DNA of 64,000 bases from Pseudomonadota bacterium (GTDB taxonomy: Bacteria; Pseudomonadota; Alphaproteobacteria; Rhizobiales; Rhizobiaceae), in assembly GCA_023399635.1 (NCBI GenBank), contig JAEWOP010000250.1, forward strand, positions 2,874 to 66,873, given 5' to 3'. The position numbers and the translations under genes were made by a program. Positions within the stretch are counted from its first letter, which is position 1, and the number at the start of each line of letters is the position of its first letter. Under the pieces are notes generated by a model. The model saw nothing but the letters and a program-made list of their open reading frames with translations. It did not search any database and was not told where the DNA came from. Shown here piece after piece: positions 1 through 11,520 of this stretch.

Positions 1-397
1 CAGCTGCGGCAAGCGCCAGGAAACCGCCGGCAATGGTCAGGTTCTTCATCATCATCAGCCCGTTGAACATGGTCAGCATGCCGTTGGCAGCTGCCGGGAA
101 GTCAGGCACGTTGATGGCGCCGGAATGGAACATCAGGCCGGTAAAGGCGGAGAAGAGGGCAAGCAGGATCGCCGAGATGCGGGTCCGGAAGCCGACCAGA
201 ACAAAGAGGCCGACGACCAGCTCAAAGATGCCGGCAAGATAGGCAAGCGCGGTCGCAGCCGGGAAGCCGGCGCCAGCGATCATGCCGGCCGTGCCGGCGG
301 GATCGAGAAGCTTCGGATAGCCGGACAGGATGAACATGGCCGAAAGCAGGACACGGGCTGCCAGCAGCAGAAGGTTGTTGGGCGAGGTGTTGGACAT
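1..397 (-). CDS. DoxX-family membrane protein (3' end runs off the window)
   Basis: Absent from the ORF track and read by hand: ATG at 397 with GGAG upstream gives MSNTSPNNLLLLAARVLLSAMFILSGYPKLLDPAGTAGMIAGAGFPAATALAYLAGIFELVVGLFVLVGFRTRISAILLALF..., a typical DoxX pattern (R..L...F..SG..K; E...G....G..TR). Confidence 0.85.
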   Translation of the reverse strand, partial: MSNTSPNNLLLLAARVLLSAMFILSGYPKLLDPAGTAGMIAGAGFPAATALAYLAGIFELVVGLFVLVGFRTRISAILLALFSAFTGLMFHSGAINVPDFPAAANGMLTMFNGLMMMKNLTIAGGFLALAAA

Positions 398-546
398 AGG
401 GGTCTCCAGAAGGTTCGTTGTCCGAAAGCGTTGAATTCTGGAAGCCAATATGCCTGTTTCTGATGTCAGCCAGAAGATGAACAATCGGAGACGCATCGTC
501 TTCAATAGGTGAACGATGGTATCCACGTTCAGGAAGGTCGCCAATG

Positions 547-574
547 CAAAAGGGCGGCCCGAAGACCGCCCTTC
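547..574 (-). terminator. Intrinsic terminator of groESL
   Basis: Minus strand AAGGGCGGTC-TTCG-GGCCGCCCTT followed by TT, about 40 nt after the groEL stop. Confidence 0.8.
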
Positions 575-614
575 TGAACTGAACCGTATGGCTCAAATAT
601 AAGACCCGAAGGCC

Positions 615-2279
<1,665 letters not shown>

Positions 2280-2314
2280 TCAGCGATTTATTGGGAGAAG
2301 CAATCAGCCGGAGA

Positions 2315-2611
2315 TCAGCCGATGATGCCCATGATGTCGGCTTCCTTCATGATCAGAAGGTCTTCACCGTCGAGCTTGACTTCAGTGCCCGACCACTTGC
2401 CAAAGAGGACGCGGTCGCCAGCCTTGACGTCGAGCGGCGTAACGTTGCCCTTGTCGTCGCGGGTGCCGGTGCCGACGGCGACGATTTCGCCTTCCTGCGG
2501 CTTTTCCTTGGCGGTGTCGGGAATAATGATGCCGCCCTTGGTCTTGGCTTCCGATTCAACGCGGCGAACAACGACGCGGTCGTGCAGGGGGCGGAAATTG
2601 GTGCTTGCCAT
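2315..2611 (-). CDS. groES: Co-chaperonin GroES
   Basis: [10 protein letters not shown]...[13 protein letters not shown], 98 aa, upstream of groEL. Confidence 0.99.
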   Translation of the reverse strand: MASTNFRPLHDRVVVRRVESEAKTKGGIIIPDTAKEKPQEGEIVAVGTGTRDDKGNVTPLDVKAGDRVLFGKWSGTEVKLDGEDLLIMKEADIMGIIG

Positions 2612-2665
2612 TGTCTAATCCCTCGATCAAATGACATGGACGGATCTGAGGACCCGTGTAGGGTG

Positions 2666-2692
2666 TTAGCACTCCATAATGGCGAGTGCTAA
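2666..2692. promoter_or_regulatory. CIRCE element (HrcA operator)
   Basis: Exact TTAGCACTC-N9-GAGTGCTAA in the groES leader. Confidence 0.97.
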
Positions 2693-2700
2693 CGGGCGTC

Positions 2701-2730
2701 GAGATAAGCGTGAGCTACATCCGAGTCAAG
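2701..2730 (-). promoter_or_regulatory. Putative RpoH-type promoter of groESL
   Basis: Minus strand CTTGAC-N16-CTTATCTC immediately upstream of CIRCE, resembling alphaproteobacterial heat-shock promoters. Confidence 0.7.
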
Positions 2731-2861
2731 AATTCGTTCCGGGAATCATCGAAAAAAACATCGTATCGGATTTCGGTTAGTTTGCCGGAGGGAAACTTCT
2801 TGCCATCCCGGACAGGCTTTGCGATGTCAGCCCCTGTCTACATACGAATTCGGAAGCAGGC

Positions 2862-3710
2862 ATGGCCAAGCGCATCAGCAATCTCAGCGAAATCATCGGC
2901 AGCTACGACGTGATCCTGTCCGATGTGTGGGGCGTGCTCCACAACGGCGTCGACGCTTTTCCTGATGCTTGCAAGGCCTTGGCCGCCGCACGTGCGGCGG
3001 GGTCGACGGTCGTGTTGATCACCAACTCGCCTCGCCCGTCGCCCGGCGTCATCGGTCAGCTTCGCGTGCTTGGCGTACCCGATGAGGCTTATGATCGCAT
3101 CGTCACCTCAGGCGACGTGACGCGGCACCTGATCGAGGAAGGTCCGAAGAAGGTCTTCCTTCTTGGCCCGGAGCGCGACATGCCGCTCTTCGACGGGCTT
3201 GATGTTGAGGTGGTTGGTGCGGACCAGGCAGATGCCATCGTCTGTACCGGCTTCTTCGATGACGAAAAGGAAGTGCCGGAAGATTATCACGATCTGCTGT
3301 CGGCATTCCAGAAGCGCAATGTTCCGTTCATTTGCGCCAATCCGGATCTGGTGGTCGAGCGCGGCCATCGCATCATCCCGTGCGCCGGCGCTGTTGCAGC
3401 CTATTATGACCAGCTTGGAGGCAGCACGCGCATTGCCGGAAAGCCGCATCACCCGATTTATGAGGCCGCGCTCGAGGCGGCCCGCGAAACGCGCGGCAGT
3501 TTCGCTGCCGAACGTGTTCTCGCCATTGGCGATGGCATGCCGACCGATGTGCGAGGTGCCATTTCGCAGCGGTTGGACCTCCTTTACATCAGTGCTGGCA
3601 TTCACGTGCACGAGTACACAGTGAACGGGGAGATCGACGAGGCCATCATGAATGCCTGGCTGAAAAGCGAGGATGCTGCGCCCAAGTGGTGGATGCCGCG
3701 GCTCGCTTAG
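2862..3710 (+). CDS. HAD-superfamily class IIA hydrolase (TIGR01459-like)
   Basis: DVWGVLHNG, ITNSPR, GKPH and IGDGMPTDV motifs; lies upstream of ribF. Confidence 0.9.
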   Translation: MAKRISNLSEIIGSYDVILSDVWGVLHNGVDAFPDACKALAAARAAGSTVVLITNSPRPSPGVIGQLRVLGVPDEAYDRIVTSGDVTRHLIEEGPKKVFLLGPERDMPLFDGLDVEVVGADQADAIVCTGFFDDEKEVPEDYHDLLSAFQKRNVPFICANPDLVVERGHRIIPCAGAVAAYYDQLGGSTRIAGKPHHPIYEAALEAARETRGSFAAERVLAIGDGMPTDVRGAISQRLDLLYISAGIHVHEYTVNGEIDEAIMNAWLKSEDAAPKWWMPRLA

Positions 3711-3719
3711 GATGCTCCC

Positions 3720-4700
3720 ATGACGGTCTTCTACCGCAATGAAAAGAGGGAGCCTTTGCCGCAAGGTCTTCGAGGCGGCGTCGTGGCCATCGGCAATTTC
3801 GACGGCGTCCATCGTGGCCATCGCAGCGTCCTGGAACGGGCGCTGTCCTTGGCGCAAAGCGGGAATGTTCCTGCGCTTGTGCTAACTTTTGAGCCACATC
3901 CGCGTACCGTGTTCCAGCCGGATGCGCCTGTTTACCGGCTGACGCCGGCGCCGCTCAAGGCGCGTCTGCTGGAAGCGATCGGCTTTCAGTGCGTGATCGA
4001 CTATCCGTTTGACCGCGAATTTTCGCAGCGGTCGGCAGAAGATTTTGTGCAGTCGGTGCTGGTGGATTGGCTCGAAGCATCAGCGGTTGTCACCGGCTTC
4101 GACTTCCACTTCGGCAAGGGCCGTGAAGGCGGCCCCGCTTATCTCATGGCGGCGGGCGAGAGACTGGGTTTCGCAGTTAGTCTTGTCGATGCGTTCAGGG
4201 ACGAGAATGCCGATGTGATTTCATCCAGTCGGATTCGGGCGCTGCTTGCGCAAGGGGATGTGGCAGCCGCGGCCGGTCTCCTCGGCTATCGCTACACGGT
4301 TGAGGCAGAAATTATCGGTGGCGAGAAGCTTGGCCGCACACTAGGCTATCCGACCGCCAACATGGCGCTTGCGCCGGAAACGCAGCTGAAGGCCGGCGTC
4401 TACGCAGTGCGCCTGCGCACCGAGGACGGCACCATTCGCGACGGCGTCGCGAGCTACGGCCGCCGTCCAACCGTGACGGAGAATGGCGCTCCGCTTCTGG
4501 AAACCTATGTGTTCGATTTCTCCGGCGACCTCTACGGCCAGACCTGCTCCGTTTCCTTCTTCGGCTATCTGCGTGATGAATTGAAGTTCGACGGTTTGGC
4601 TCCCTTGGTTGAGCAGATGAAGCGCGACGAGGAGGAGGCGCGGGCGCTTCTCTCAGGTGTCCGTCCGCTCGGCGAGCTGGACAGAAAGATAGCATTCTGA
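3720..4700 (+). CDS. ribF: Bifunctional riboflavin kinase/FAD synthetase
   Basis: IGNFDGVHRGH, ISSSRIR and GRTLGYPTAN motifs. Confidence 0.97.
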   Translation: MTVFYRNEKREPLPQGLRGGVVAIGNFDGVHRGHRSVLERALSLAQSGNVPALVLTFEPHPRTVFQPDAPVYRLTPAPLKARLLEAIGFQCVIDYPFDREFSQRSAEDFVQSVLVDWLEASAVVTGFDFHFGKGREGGPAYLMAAGERLGFAVSLVDAFRDENADVISSSRIRALLAQGDVAAAAGLLGYRYTVEAEIIGGEKLGRTLGYPTANMALAPETQLKAGVYAVRLRTEDGTIRDGVASYGRRPTVTENGAPLLETYVFDFSGDLYGQTCSVSFFGYLRDELKFDGLAPLVEQMKRDEEEARALLSGVRPLGELDRKIAF

Positions 4701-4782
4701 GGCCGGCTAACTCGGTGTTCGCTCCTGCCAATCTGGGCGCCCGATCAGCCTCATTGTAGCGACAACAAGGAAGATAACCCTG

Positions 4783-5022
4783 ATGGCAAACACACCGCGC
4801 CGCCCCGTAAACCCGATGGATGCGGCTGAAGCTTTGTTCAAGCCGGCGAAGAAGCCGGTTGCCCCGGCACAGGAGCGGCGCGCGCTGCCAGAGGTGAAGG
4901 AGCTTGTGTCGCTCAAGCTGGACAGCGCGGTGATCGAGTATTTTCAGAAGGATGGGCCGGGCTGGCAGGATCGCATCAACGATGCCTTGCGTGCCGCCAT
5001 GGCATCAGCCGACGAAGAATAG
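4783..5022 (+). CDS. BrnA-family antitoxin-like ribbon-helix-helix protein, with no adjacent toxin
   Basis: C-terminal VSLKLDSAVIEYFQKDGPGWQDRINDALR matches the BrnA-type pattern; AAGGA upstream of the start. Confidence 0.8.
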   Translation: MANTPRRPVNPMDAAEALFKPAKKPVAPAQERRALPEVKELVSLKLDSAVIEYFQKDGPGWQDRINDALRAAMASADEE

Positions 5023-5086
5023 GTCCTACCGCAACCCGGTGCGGCCCCTTTCTTTTGCGGCGGAAACCCCCTAAAGAACGGCCATC

Positions 5087-5149
5087 ATGACCTATCCATC
5101 TGCGGCCTGGATTATTCGAATTATTGGCCCGGCCCTCCCGGCAGCTTGA
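5087..5149 (+). CDS. Putative Ile-rich leader peptide of ileS (MTYPSAAWIIRIIGPALPAA)
   Basis: 20-codon uORF containing ATT-ATT-CGA-ATT-ATT, ending 100 nt before ileS and overlapping a GC-rich hairpin at 5128-5167. Confidence 0.7.
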   Translation: MTYPSAAWIIRIIGPALPAA

Positions 5150-5249
5150 GCAGCGGGAAGGTCCGGGTTCTTGGCGCTTATCCCCGCGCTTGCCGCCGCT
5201 CCATGACATAATCCGCGCGACGAAGGTCGCCTCATCCAATGGCTGATCC

Positions 5250-8246
5250 ATGACCGATACTGCAGAAAAGATTGATTACTCCAAGACGCTCTACCTGCCG
5301 GAAACCGAATTCCCAATGCGTGCTGGCCTGCCGCAAAAGGAGCCGGAACTGGCAAAGAAGTGGAAGGAGATGGATCTCTACAAGCGTCTGCGCGCTTCCG
5401 CTGCCGGTCGCGAGAAGTTCGTGCTGCATGACGGCCCTCCCTATGCCAACGGCAACATCCATATCGGTCATGCACTGAACAAGGTGCTGAAGGACGTCAT
5501 CACGCGCTCCTTCCAGATGCGCGGCTATGACTCGAACTACGTTCCCGGATGGGACTGCCACGGCCTGCCGATCGAATGGAAGATCGAAGAAGCCTACCGC
5601 GCCAAGGGCAAGGACAAGAACGAAGTCCCGATCAACGAATTTCGTCAGGAGTGCCGCGATTTCGCGCAAGGCTGGATCAACGTTCAGTCTGACGAATTCC
5701 GCCGCCTCGGCATCGAGGGCGACTTCGATAATCCTTACACGACGATGGCCTTCCATTCGGAAGCCCGCATCGCCGGCGAGCTCCTGAAGATCGCCATGTC
5801 CGGTCAGCTTTACCGCGGCTCGAAGCCGATCATGTGGTCGGTGGTCGAGCGCACGGCGCTGGCGGAAGCCGAGGTGGAGTATGCCGAGGTCGAGAGCGAC
5901 ACGATCTGGGTCAAGTTCCCGGTCCTGCGCATGGTCGAGCCGGGCGTTGCGCTCGAGCAGGGCGATAAATTCCGGCAGGAGGTGATCAGGCAGAATTCCG
6001 AGGGCGGTGCGCTCGGCGACCTGCAAAGCGCCTCAATCGTCATCTGGACGACGACGCCGTGGACGATCCCCGGCAACCGCGCCATCGCGTTTTCGCCGAA
6101 GGTGGATTATGCGCTCTATCAGGTCACCGAGGCGGAGAACGACTTCGGCCCGAGGCCGGGCGAGAAAATGGTCTTCGCCGAAAAGCTGGCGGAGGAGTCG
6201 TTCAAGAAGGCAAAGCTCCAATACAAGAAGCTGCGCAACGTCAGAGCCGATGAGTTGGGTCGCCTGCTCTGCCTGCATCCGCTGCGGCAGTTCGGTGGCG
6301 GCTATGAGTTCCGGGTTCCCCTGCTGGCTGGCGACCATGTGACCGATGACGCCGGTACGGGCTTCGTCCACACTGCGCCATCCCACGGACGTGAAGACTT
6401 CGACGCCTGGATGAGCAGCATCAAGGAACTGGAAGCGCTGGGTATCGAGACCAAGATCCCATTCCCGGTGGACGACGCCGGTTTCTACACAGAAGATGCT
6501 CCTGGTTTCGGACCCTCCGCCGAGGGTGGTGCTGCGCGCGTGCGCGACGACACCGGCAAGAAGGGTGACGCCAACAAGCGCGTCATCGAGGCACTGATCG
6601 AATTCCGGCAGCTTTTTGCCCGCGGTCGCATCAAGCACGAGTACCCGCATTCCTGGCGCTCCAAGAAGCCGGTCATCTTCCGCAACACGCCGCAATGGTT
6701 CGTCTATATGGACAAGGATTTAAGCGATGGCACGACGCTGCGCACCCGCGCCTTGTCCGCCATCGACCAAACCCGTTTTGTCCCCGCCGGCGGGCAGAAC
6801 CGACTGCGCGCCATGATCGAGCAGCGTCCGGACTGGGTGCTCTCCCGTCAGCGTGCCTGGGGCGTCCCGATCTGTGTCTTTGCCGATGCCGAAGGTAATG
6901 TCCTGAAGGACGAGAAAGTCAATGCGCGCATTCTCGAAGCCTTCGAGAAGGAGGGGGCGGACGCTTGGTTCGCCGAGGGCGCCAAGGAACGCTTTCTCGG
7001 CAACGAGCATGACAGCGAGCGGTGGCAGATGGTCACCGACATCCTCGATGTCTGGTTCGACTCGGGCTCCACCCACACCTTTACACTCGAAGACCGCCCG
7101 GATCTGAAATGGCCAGCCGATGTCTATCTGGAAGGTTCCGACCAGCATCGTGGCTGGTTCCATTCGTCCTTGCTCGAAAGCTGCGCCACCCGCGGCCGCG
7201 CGCCCTATAATGCGGTCATCACGCATGGTTTCACCATGGCGGAAGACGGCCGCAAGATGTCGAAGTCGCTCGGCAATACGGTGACGCCGCAGGAAGTGAT
7301 GAGCCAGTCGGGTGCAGATATTCTGCGCCTGTGGGTCATGAGCACCGACTATGCGGAAGACCAGCGCCTCGGCAAGACGATCATCCAGACCAACATTGAT
7401 GCCTACCGGAAGATCCGCAACACGATCCGCTGGATGCTCGGGACGCTTGCGCATGATGAGGGCGAGGAGATCGCCTATTCCGACCTGCCGGAACTCGAGC
7501 GTCTGATGCTGCATCGCCTGGCCGAACTCGACCAGCTGGTGCGCAAGGGTTACGACGAATTCGACTTCAAGCGGATCGTCCGTGCGTTGTCGGACTTCGC
7601 CAATGTCGAACTGTCTGCCTTCTACTTCGATATCCGCAAGGACGCGCTCTACTGCGACGCCCCGTCCAGCCTGAGGCGCCGGTCGGCCCTCTTCGTTATC
7701 CGCAAGTTGTTCGATTGCCTCGTCCTGTGGTTTGCGCCGATGATGCCGTTCACGACCGAAGAGGCATGGCTGTCACGCGATCCCGCGGCGGAATCCGTGC
7801 ATCTCGAACAATTCCCCGTCATCCCCGCAACCTGGCAGAATGAGGCAGTTGCTGAGAAGTGGAGGAAGGTTCGCACGGTGCGACGGGCCGTCACCGGTGC
7901 GCTGGAAGTGGAGCGCAAGGAAAAGCGGATCGGCTCCTCGCTCGAGGCCGCCCCCGTCGTTCATGTGGCAGATGCAGATCTGATGAAGGCGCTGGAAGGC
8001 CTGGATTTCGCGGAGATCTGCATCACCTCGGACATTTCGGTGGTTTCGGGAGAAGGACCTGCTGAAGCATTCCGCTTGGAAGATGGCACGAAGGTCGCTG
8101 TCGAGCCGAGGCTGGCAGAAGGTACCAAGTGCGCGCGATCCTGGAAGGTCACGACGGATGTAGGGTCCGATCCCGACTATCCGGACGTCTCCGCCCGCGA
8201 TGCTGCTGCTCTTCGCGAACTTGCCGCACTGGGCCGCCTGGGCTGA
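5250..8246 (+). CDS. ileS: Isoleucine--tRNA ligase
   Basis: [34 protein letters not shown] and KMSKS motifs. Confidence 0.99.
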   Translation: MTDTAEKIDYSKTLYLPETEFPMRAGLPQKEPELAKKWKEMDLYKRLRASAAGREKFVLHDGPPYANGNIHIGHALNKVLKDVITRSFQMRGYDSNYVPGWDCHGLPIEWKIEEAYRAKGKDKNEVPINEFRQECRDFAQGWINVQSDEFRRLGIEGDFDNPYTTMAFHSEARIAGELLKIAMSGQLYRGSKPIMWSVVERTALAEAEVEYAEVESDTIWVKFPVLRMVEPGVALEQGDKFRQEVIRQNSEGGALGDLQSASIVIWTTTPWTIPGNRAIAFSPKVDYALYQVTEAENDFGPRPGEKMVFAEKLAEESFKKAKLQYKKLRNVRADELGRLLCLHPLRQFGGGYEFRVPLLAGDHVTDDAGTGFVHTAPSHGREDFDAWMSSIKELEALGIETKIPFPVDDAGFYTEDAPGFGPSAEGGAARVRDDTGKKGDANKRVIEALIEFRQLFARGRIKHEYPHSWRSKKPVIFRNTPQWFVYMDKDLSDGTTLRTRALSAIDQTRFVPAGGQNRLRAMIEQRPDWVLSRQRAWGVPICVFADAEGNVLKDEKVNARILEAFEKEGADAWFAEGAKERFLGNEHDSERWQMVTDILDVWFDSGSTHTFTLEDRPDLKWPADVYLEGSDQHRGWFHSSLLESCATRGRAPYNAVITHGFTMAEDGRKMSKSLGNTVTPQEVMSQSGADILRLWVMSTDYAEDQRLGKTIIQTNIDAYRKIRNTIRWMLGTLAHDEGEEIAYSDLPELERLMLHRLAELDQLVRKGYDEFDFKRIVRALSDFANVELSAFYFDIRKDALYCDAPSSLRRRSALFVIRKLFDCLVLWFAPMMPFTTEEAWLSRDPAAESVHLEQFPVIPATWQNEAVAEKWRKVRTVRRAVTGALEVERKEKRIGSSLEAAPVVHVADADLMKALEGLDFAEICITSDISVVSGEGPAEAFRLEDGTKVAVEPRLAEGTKCARSWKVTTDVGSDPDYPDVSARDAAALRELAALGRLG

Positions 8247-8380
8247 GCGCACTGGCCGGATGATTGCGCTTTGGCGCATCATCCGGTACATCTGCCCGAA
8301 ATCGGCCGGATTTTTCCGTCAGGCCGTGGTCGAGCGGGAATCTGAAGGTGCCGGACGGCGGCACCCCTGGAAGGGCTTTT

Positions 8381-9007
8381 ATGAAGACGACGCATGGGTT
8401 TCGCGCCGCTTTGAGCGTGGCCGGTATGGTGGCTGGAGTAGCGATGCTCTCTGGCTGCATTGGTAGCCCCACCTACGGTACGGGCAAGAGCGCAGCGGAG
8501 CAGTTGGTCGACGATCTGGGTAGTTCTGTTTCGATCACCGGCAATCAGGATAAAAACCGGAACGTCAGATACAATCCGCGGCCGAAGCTTGTCGTCGCGG
8601 CGCAGGACAAGTCCTTGCCACCGCCGCAGGCGTCTCTTGCCAGTCGCGAGAACAACCCGAACTGGGTCGAATCTCCTGAGGAAACGCGCGAGCGCCTGCG
8701 TGATGAGGCTGCGAAAAACGAAAACAATCCTCGGTACCGTTCGCCGTTGCTCGCTGGCAAGGGCCAGGCTGGTCAGATGACGGAATCCCAAAAATGGGAA
8801 GCCTTTCGCCAGGCCAAGCAGAACCAGGAAACGGTTGACGTAACCGCGGGACGCCGTTCGCTCACCGATCCGCCGACGCAGTATCGGGCAGTCGATTCTG
8901 CCGCTCTGGCTGATCTTGGCGAGCCCGAGGTGCAGAAGGAGCGCCGCCGCAAAAAGGAAGCTCAGTCTGCCAAGCAGACGTCGAGCTGGTGGAAGCCATT
9001 CCAGTAA
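8381..9007 (+). CDS. Conserved hypothetical lipoprotein
   Basis: ATG at 8381 gives a signal peptide with lipobox LSGC followed by IGSPTYGTGK. Confidence 0.75.
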   Translation: MKTTHGFRAALSVAGMVAGVAMLSGCIGSPTYGTGKSAAEQLVDDLGSSVSITGNQDKNRNVRYNPRPKLVVAAQDKSLPPPQASLASRENNPNWVESPEETRERLRDEAAKNENNPRYRSPLLAGKGQAGQMTESQKWEAFRQAKQNQETVDVTAGRRSLTDPPTQYRAVDSAALADLGEPEVQKERRRKKEAQSAKQTSSWWKPFQ

Positions 9008-9028
9008 GCTTGTAGAAGCTGCGCATGC

Positions 9029-9484
9029 CTAAGCTGGCCGCTTCGACTTGAAGAAGGCGGTCAGCAGCTCCGCCGCTTCTGTTTCCGCAAGGCCGGAATA
9101 TACCTCCGGCACGTGGTGGCAGCTTGGCTGGCGAAAGAAGCGGACACCATTGTCGACCGCTCCCCCTTTGATGTCTTCAGCGCCGTAATAGAGTCTGCGA
9201 ATACGGGCGAAGGAGATCGCCCCGGCGCACATCGTGCAGGGCTCCAGCGTCACATAAAGATCTGCGCCGCTCAGCCGCTCCTGCCCCAAGAGCCTCGCCG
9301 CCTCGCGAATAACGACAACTTCTGCGTGAGCCGTTACGTCGTGATCGTTTCGGGTCCTATTGCCGGAGCGGGCGATCACCTGTCCGTCGATGACCAGAAC
9401 GGCGCCGACAGGAATCTCGCCGCGCTCGGCCGCGACGCGTGCCTCATGCAGTGCCTCCGCCATGAAACCCTCGCTCTTAGCCAT
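9029..9484 (-). CDS. tadA: tRNA adenosine deaminase / nucleoside deaminase
   Basis: EIPVGAV, TAHAE and TLEPCTMC zinc motifs; start taken at MAKSEGFM. Confidence 0.9.
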   Translation of the reverse strand: MAKSEGFMAEALHEARVAAERGEIPVGAVLVIDGQVIARSGNRTRNDHDVTAHAEVVVIREAARLLGQERLSGADLYVTLEPCTMCAGAISFARIRRLYYGAEDIKGGAVDNGVRFFRQPSCHHVPEVYSGLAETEAAELLTAFFKSKRPA

Positions 9485-9636
9485 TTTCGGCGATTTCCTC
9501 TTAACCCGGCTCCCATGAACTGGTAGGAAGCGAACAGATCTTCGCTCCTCGATCACGGGGAAGCCCGAGACGCGTTTTCAACCACTATGAATGTCCGGAA
9601 AATTCCGTTCGACATCTCGCTTCAGGCAAACAACAA

Positions 9637-11514
9637 ATGACACCCAAAGACAAGCCGAAGCGCGGCGGGGCCAAGCCCTTCGTACGCGAGACGAAACCCA
9701 GAGCCGAGGGCAAGCCAGGCTTTTCGGCCAAGGGTGGTTTGAAACCGCGGAAGGGTGCCGGTGACGCTCCCGCTGCAGAAAAGCCGGCAAGGCAGATGAA
9801 GCCTGCGCCCGCTCGCCCGGCCCCGTCCACGACCGACGGATCGGCGAAGCCGGAGCGCATCTCCAAGATCCTCGCCCGGGTAGGCGTCGCCTCCCGCCGT
9901 GACGTTGAGCGCATGATCATGGAAGGCCGCGTGCGGCTGAATGGCCAGGTGCTGGAAACGCCGGTGGTCAATGCAACCCTGGAGGACCGGATCGAAGTTG
10001 ATGGTCATCCCATCCGGGGCATCGAGCGCACACGGCTTTGGCTTTACCACAAGCCAGCCGGGCTGGTGACGACCAACTCCGATCCGGAAGGCCGCGCCAC
10101 CGTCTTCGACAACTTGCCTGAAGGCCTGCCGCGCGTCTTGTCGATTGGGCGCCTCGACATCAACACCGAAGGGCTACTGCTTCTCACCAATGACGGCGGG
10201 CTTTCGCGTGTCCTGGAGCTGCCGACGACCGGATGGCTGCGCCGCTACCGCGTCCGTGCCTATGGCGAGATCGAGCAGGCGGATCTCGACAAGCTGAAGG
10301 ACGGCATTGCCGTCGACGGCGTGCTTTACGGCGGCATCGAAGCGACGCTTGATCGGCAGCAGGGCCATAATGTCTGGATCACCATGGGACTGCGGGAAGG
10401 CAAGAACCGCGAGATCAAGAACGTTCTGGGTGCTCTGGGCCTTGAGGTAAACCGCCTGATCCGCATCTCCTACGGACCTTTCCAGCTGGGCGACCTGCCG
10501 GAAGGCGAGGTGATCGAAGTACGCGGACGCACCCTTCGTGACCAGCTCGGCCCCCGCCTGATCGAGGAGTCCAAGGCGAATTTCGACGCGCCGATCTACG
10601 GCGACACGACCGGCGACGATAGCGCTGCCGATACCGCGGAGAAGTCGGAGAGGCAGGAAAGAGGCGGTTGGTCGAAGCAAGCCCGTCCGCAGGAAGCGCG
10701 GCCGAGGGACGCCCGTCCCGAAGCAGGCCGCGAAAGGGCTTCCGGTCGGCCGGATGGCAGACGCGATGATCGCGGCTTTGCCGGCAGGCCTGCCCGTGGC
10801 GCCCGCGATGACCGCAGCTTTAGCGACGAGAAGCCGAAGAAGCGCCCGCCGATGGGCGCCTCGCGTACCGCCAATGTCTGGATGGCGCCTGGCGCCCGCC
10901 CGACAACCGACGCCAAGGGCAAGAGAACTACGGCTCGCGCCGAAGCCGAGCGGCTGTTCGACAAGCCGAAGCCGCACAATGATCGCCCTGTGGTGGTCAA
11001 TCGAGTCGCCGAGGACAGGGACTGGATCCGAGGTGAAGATGCGCCTGCCGGGCGTGAGGAGGGCGGCAAGCGCTCCTTCGGCAATCGGGCTGACCGGGGA
11101 AGCGAGCGCCCGAGAGGCGAGCGCGGATTCGGCGACAGACCCCGCGCCGACCGCAAGCCACGTGAGGATGGTGAACGTCCCCGCAGCGACCGCCCCTATG
11201 GTGATCGCCCCCCACGAGGCGAACGCCCATTCTCCGATAGGCCCCGCGGAGAGCGTGGCGCTCGTCCGGAGGGAGATCGTTCTCGCAGTGACAGGCCACG
11301 CGGCGAAAGACCGGCCGGCGACCGTCCCTTTGGCGAGAAGCCGCGCGGAAAGCCGTTCGGTGGCAAACCCGGCGGCAGTAAGCCCTTCGGCGGCAAGCCG
11401 GGTGGTGGAAAGTCCTTTGGTGGGAAGCCTGCGGGCGGTCGTGGAAAGCCAAGCGGTGGCGGCAGGCCGGGAGGCCGCCCAGCGGGCGGCAAGCCGCGCA
11501 CGCCACGGGGATAA
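9637..11514 (+). CDS. rluB: RsuA/RluB-family pseudouridine synthase with a long R/G/P-rich tail
   Basis: S4 domain ERISKILARVGVASRR; catalytic GRLDINTEGLLLLTNDG; EGKNREIK. Confidence 0.9.
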   Translation: MTPKDKPKRGGAKPFVRETKPRAEGKPGFSAKGGLKPRKGAGDAPAAEKPARQMKPAPARPAPSTTDGSAKPERISKILARVGVASRRDVERMIMEGRVRLNGQVLETPVVNATLEDRIEVDGHPIRGIERTRLWLYHKPAGLVTTNSDPEGRATVFDNLPEGLPRVLSIGRLDINTEGLLLLTNDGGLSRVLELPTTGWLRRYRVRAYGEIEQADLDKLKDGIAVDGVLYGGIEATLDRQQGHNVWITMGLREGKNREIKNVLGALGLEVNRLIRISYGPFQLGDLPEGEVIEVRGRTLRDQLGPRLIEESKANFDAPIYGDTTGDDSAADTAEKSERQERGGWSKQARPQEARPRDARPEAGRERASGRPDGRRDDRGFAGRPARGARDDRSFSDEKPKKRPPMGASRTANVWMAPGARPTTDAKGKRTTARAEAERLFDKPKPHNDRPVVVNRVAEDRDWIRGEDAPAGREEGGKRSFGNRADRGSERPRGERGFGDRPRADRKPREDGERPRSDRPYGDRPPRGERPFSDRPRGERGARPEGDRSRSDRPRGERPAGDRPFGEKPRGKPFGGKPGGSKPFGGKPGGGKSFGGKPAGGRGKPSGGGRPGGRPAGGKPRTPRG

Positions 11515-11520
11515 ATCATC

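Noticed and set aside
11070..11500. DNA repeats considered as a possible array or mobile element
   Set aside because: They are degenerate, in frame, and explained by the amino-acid repeats of the RluB tail.
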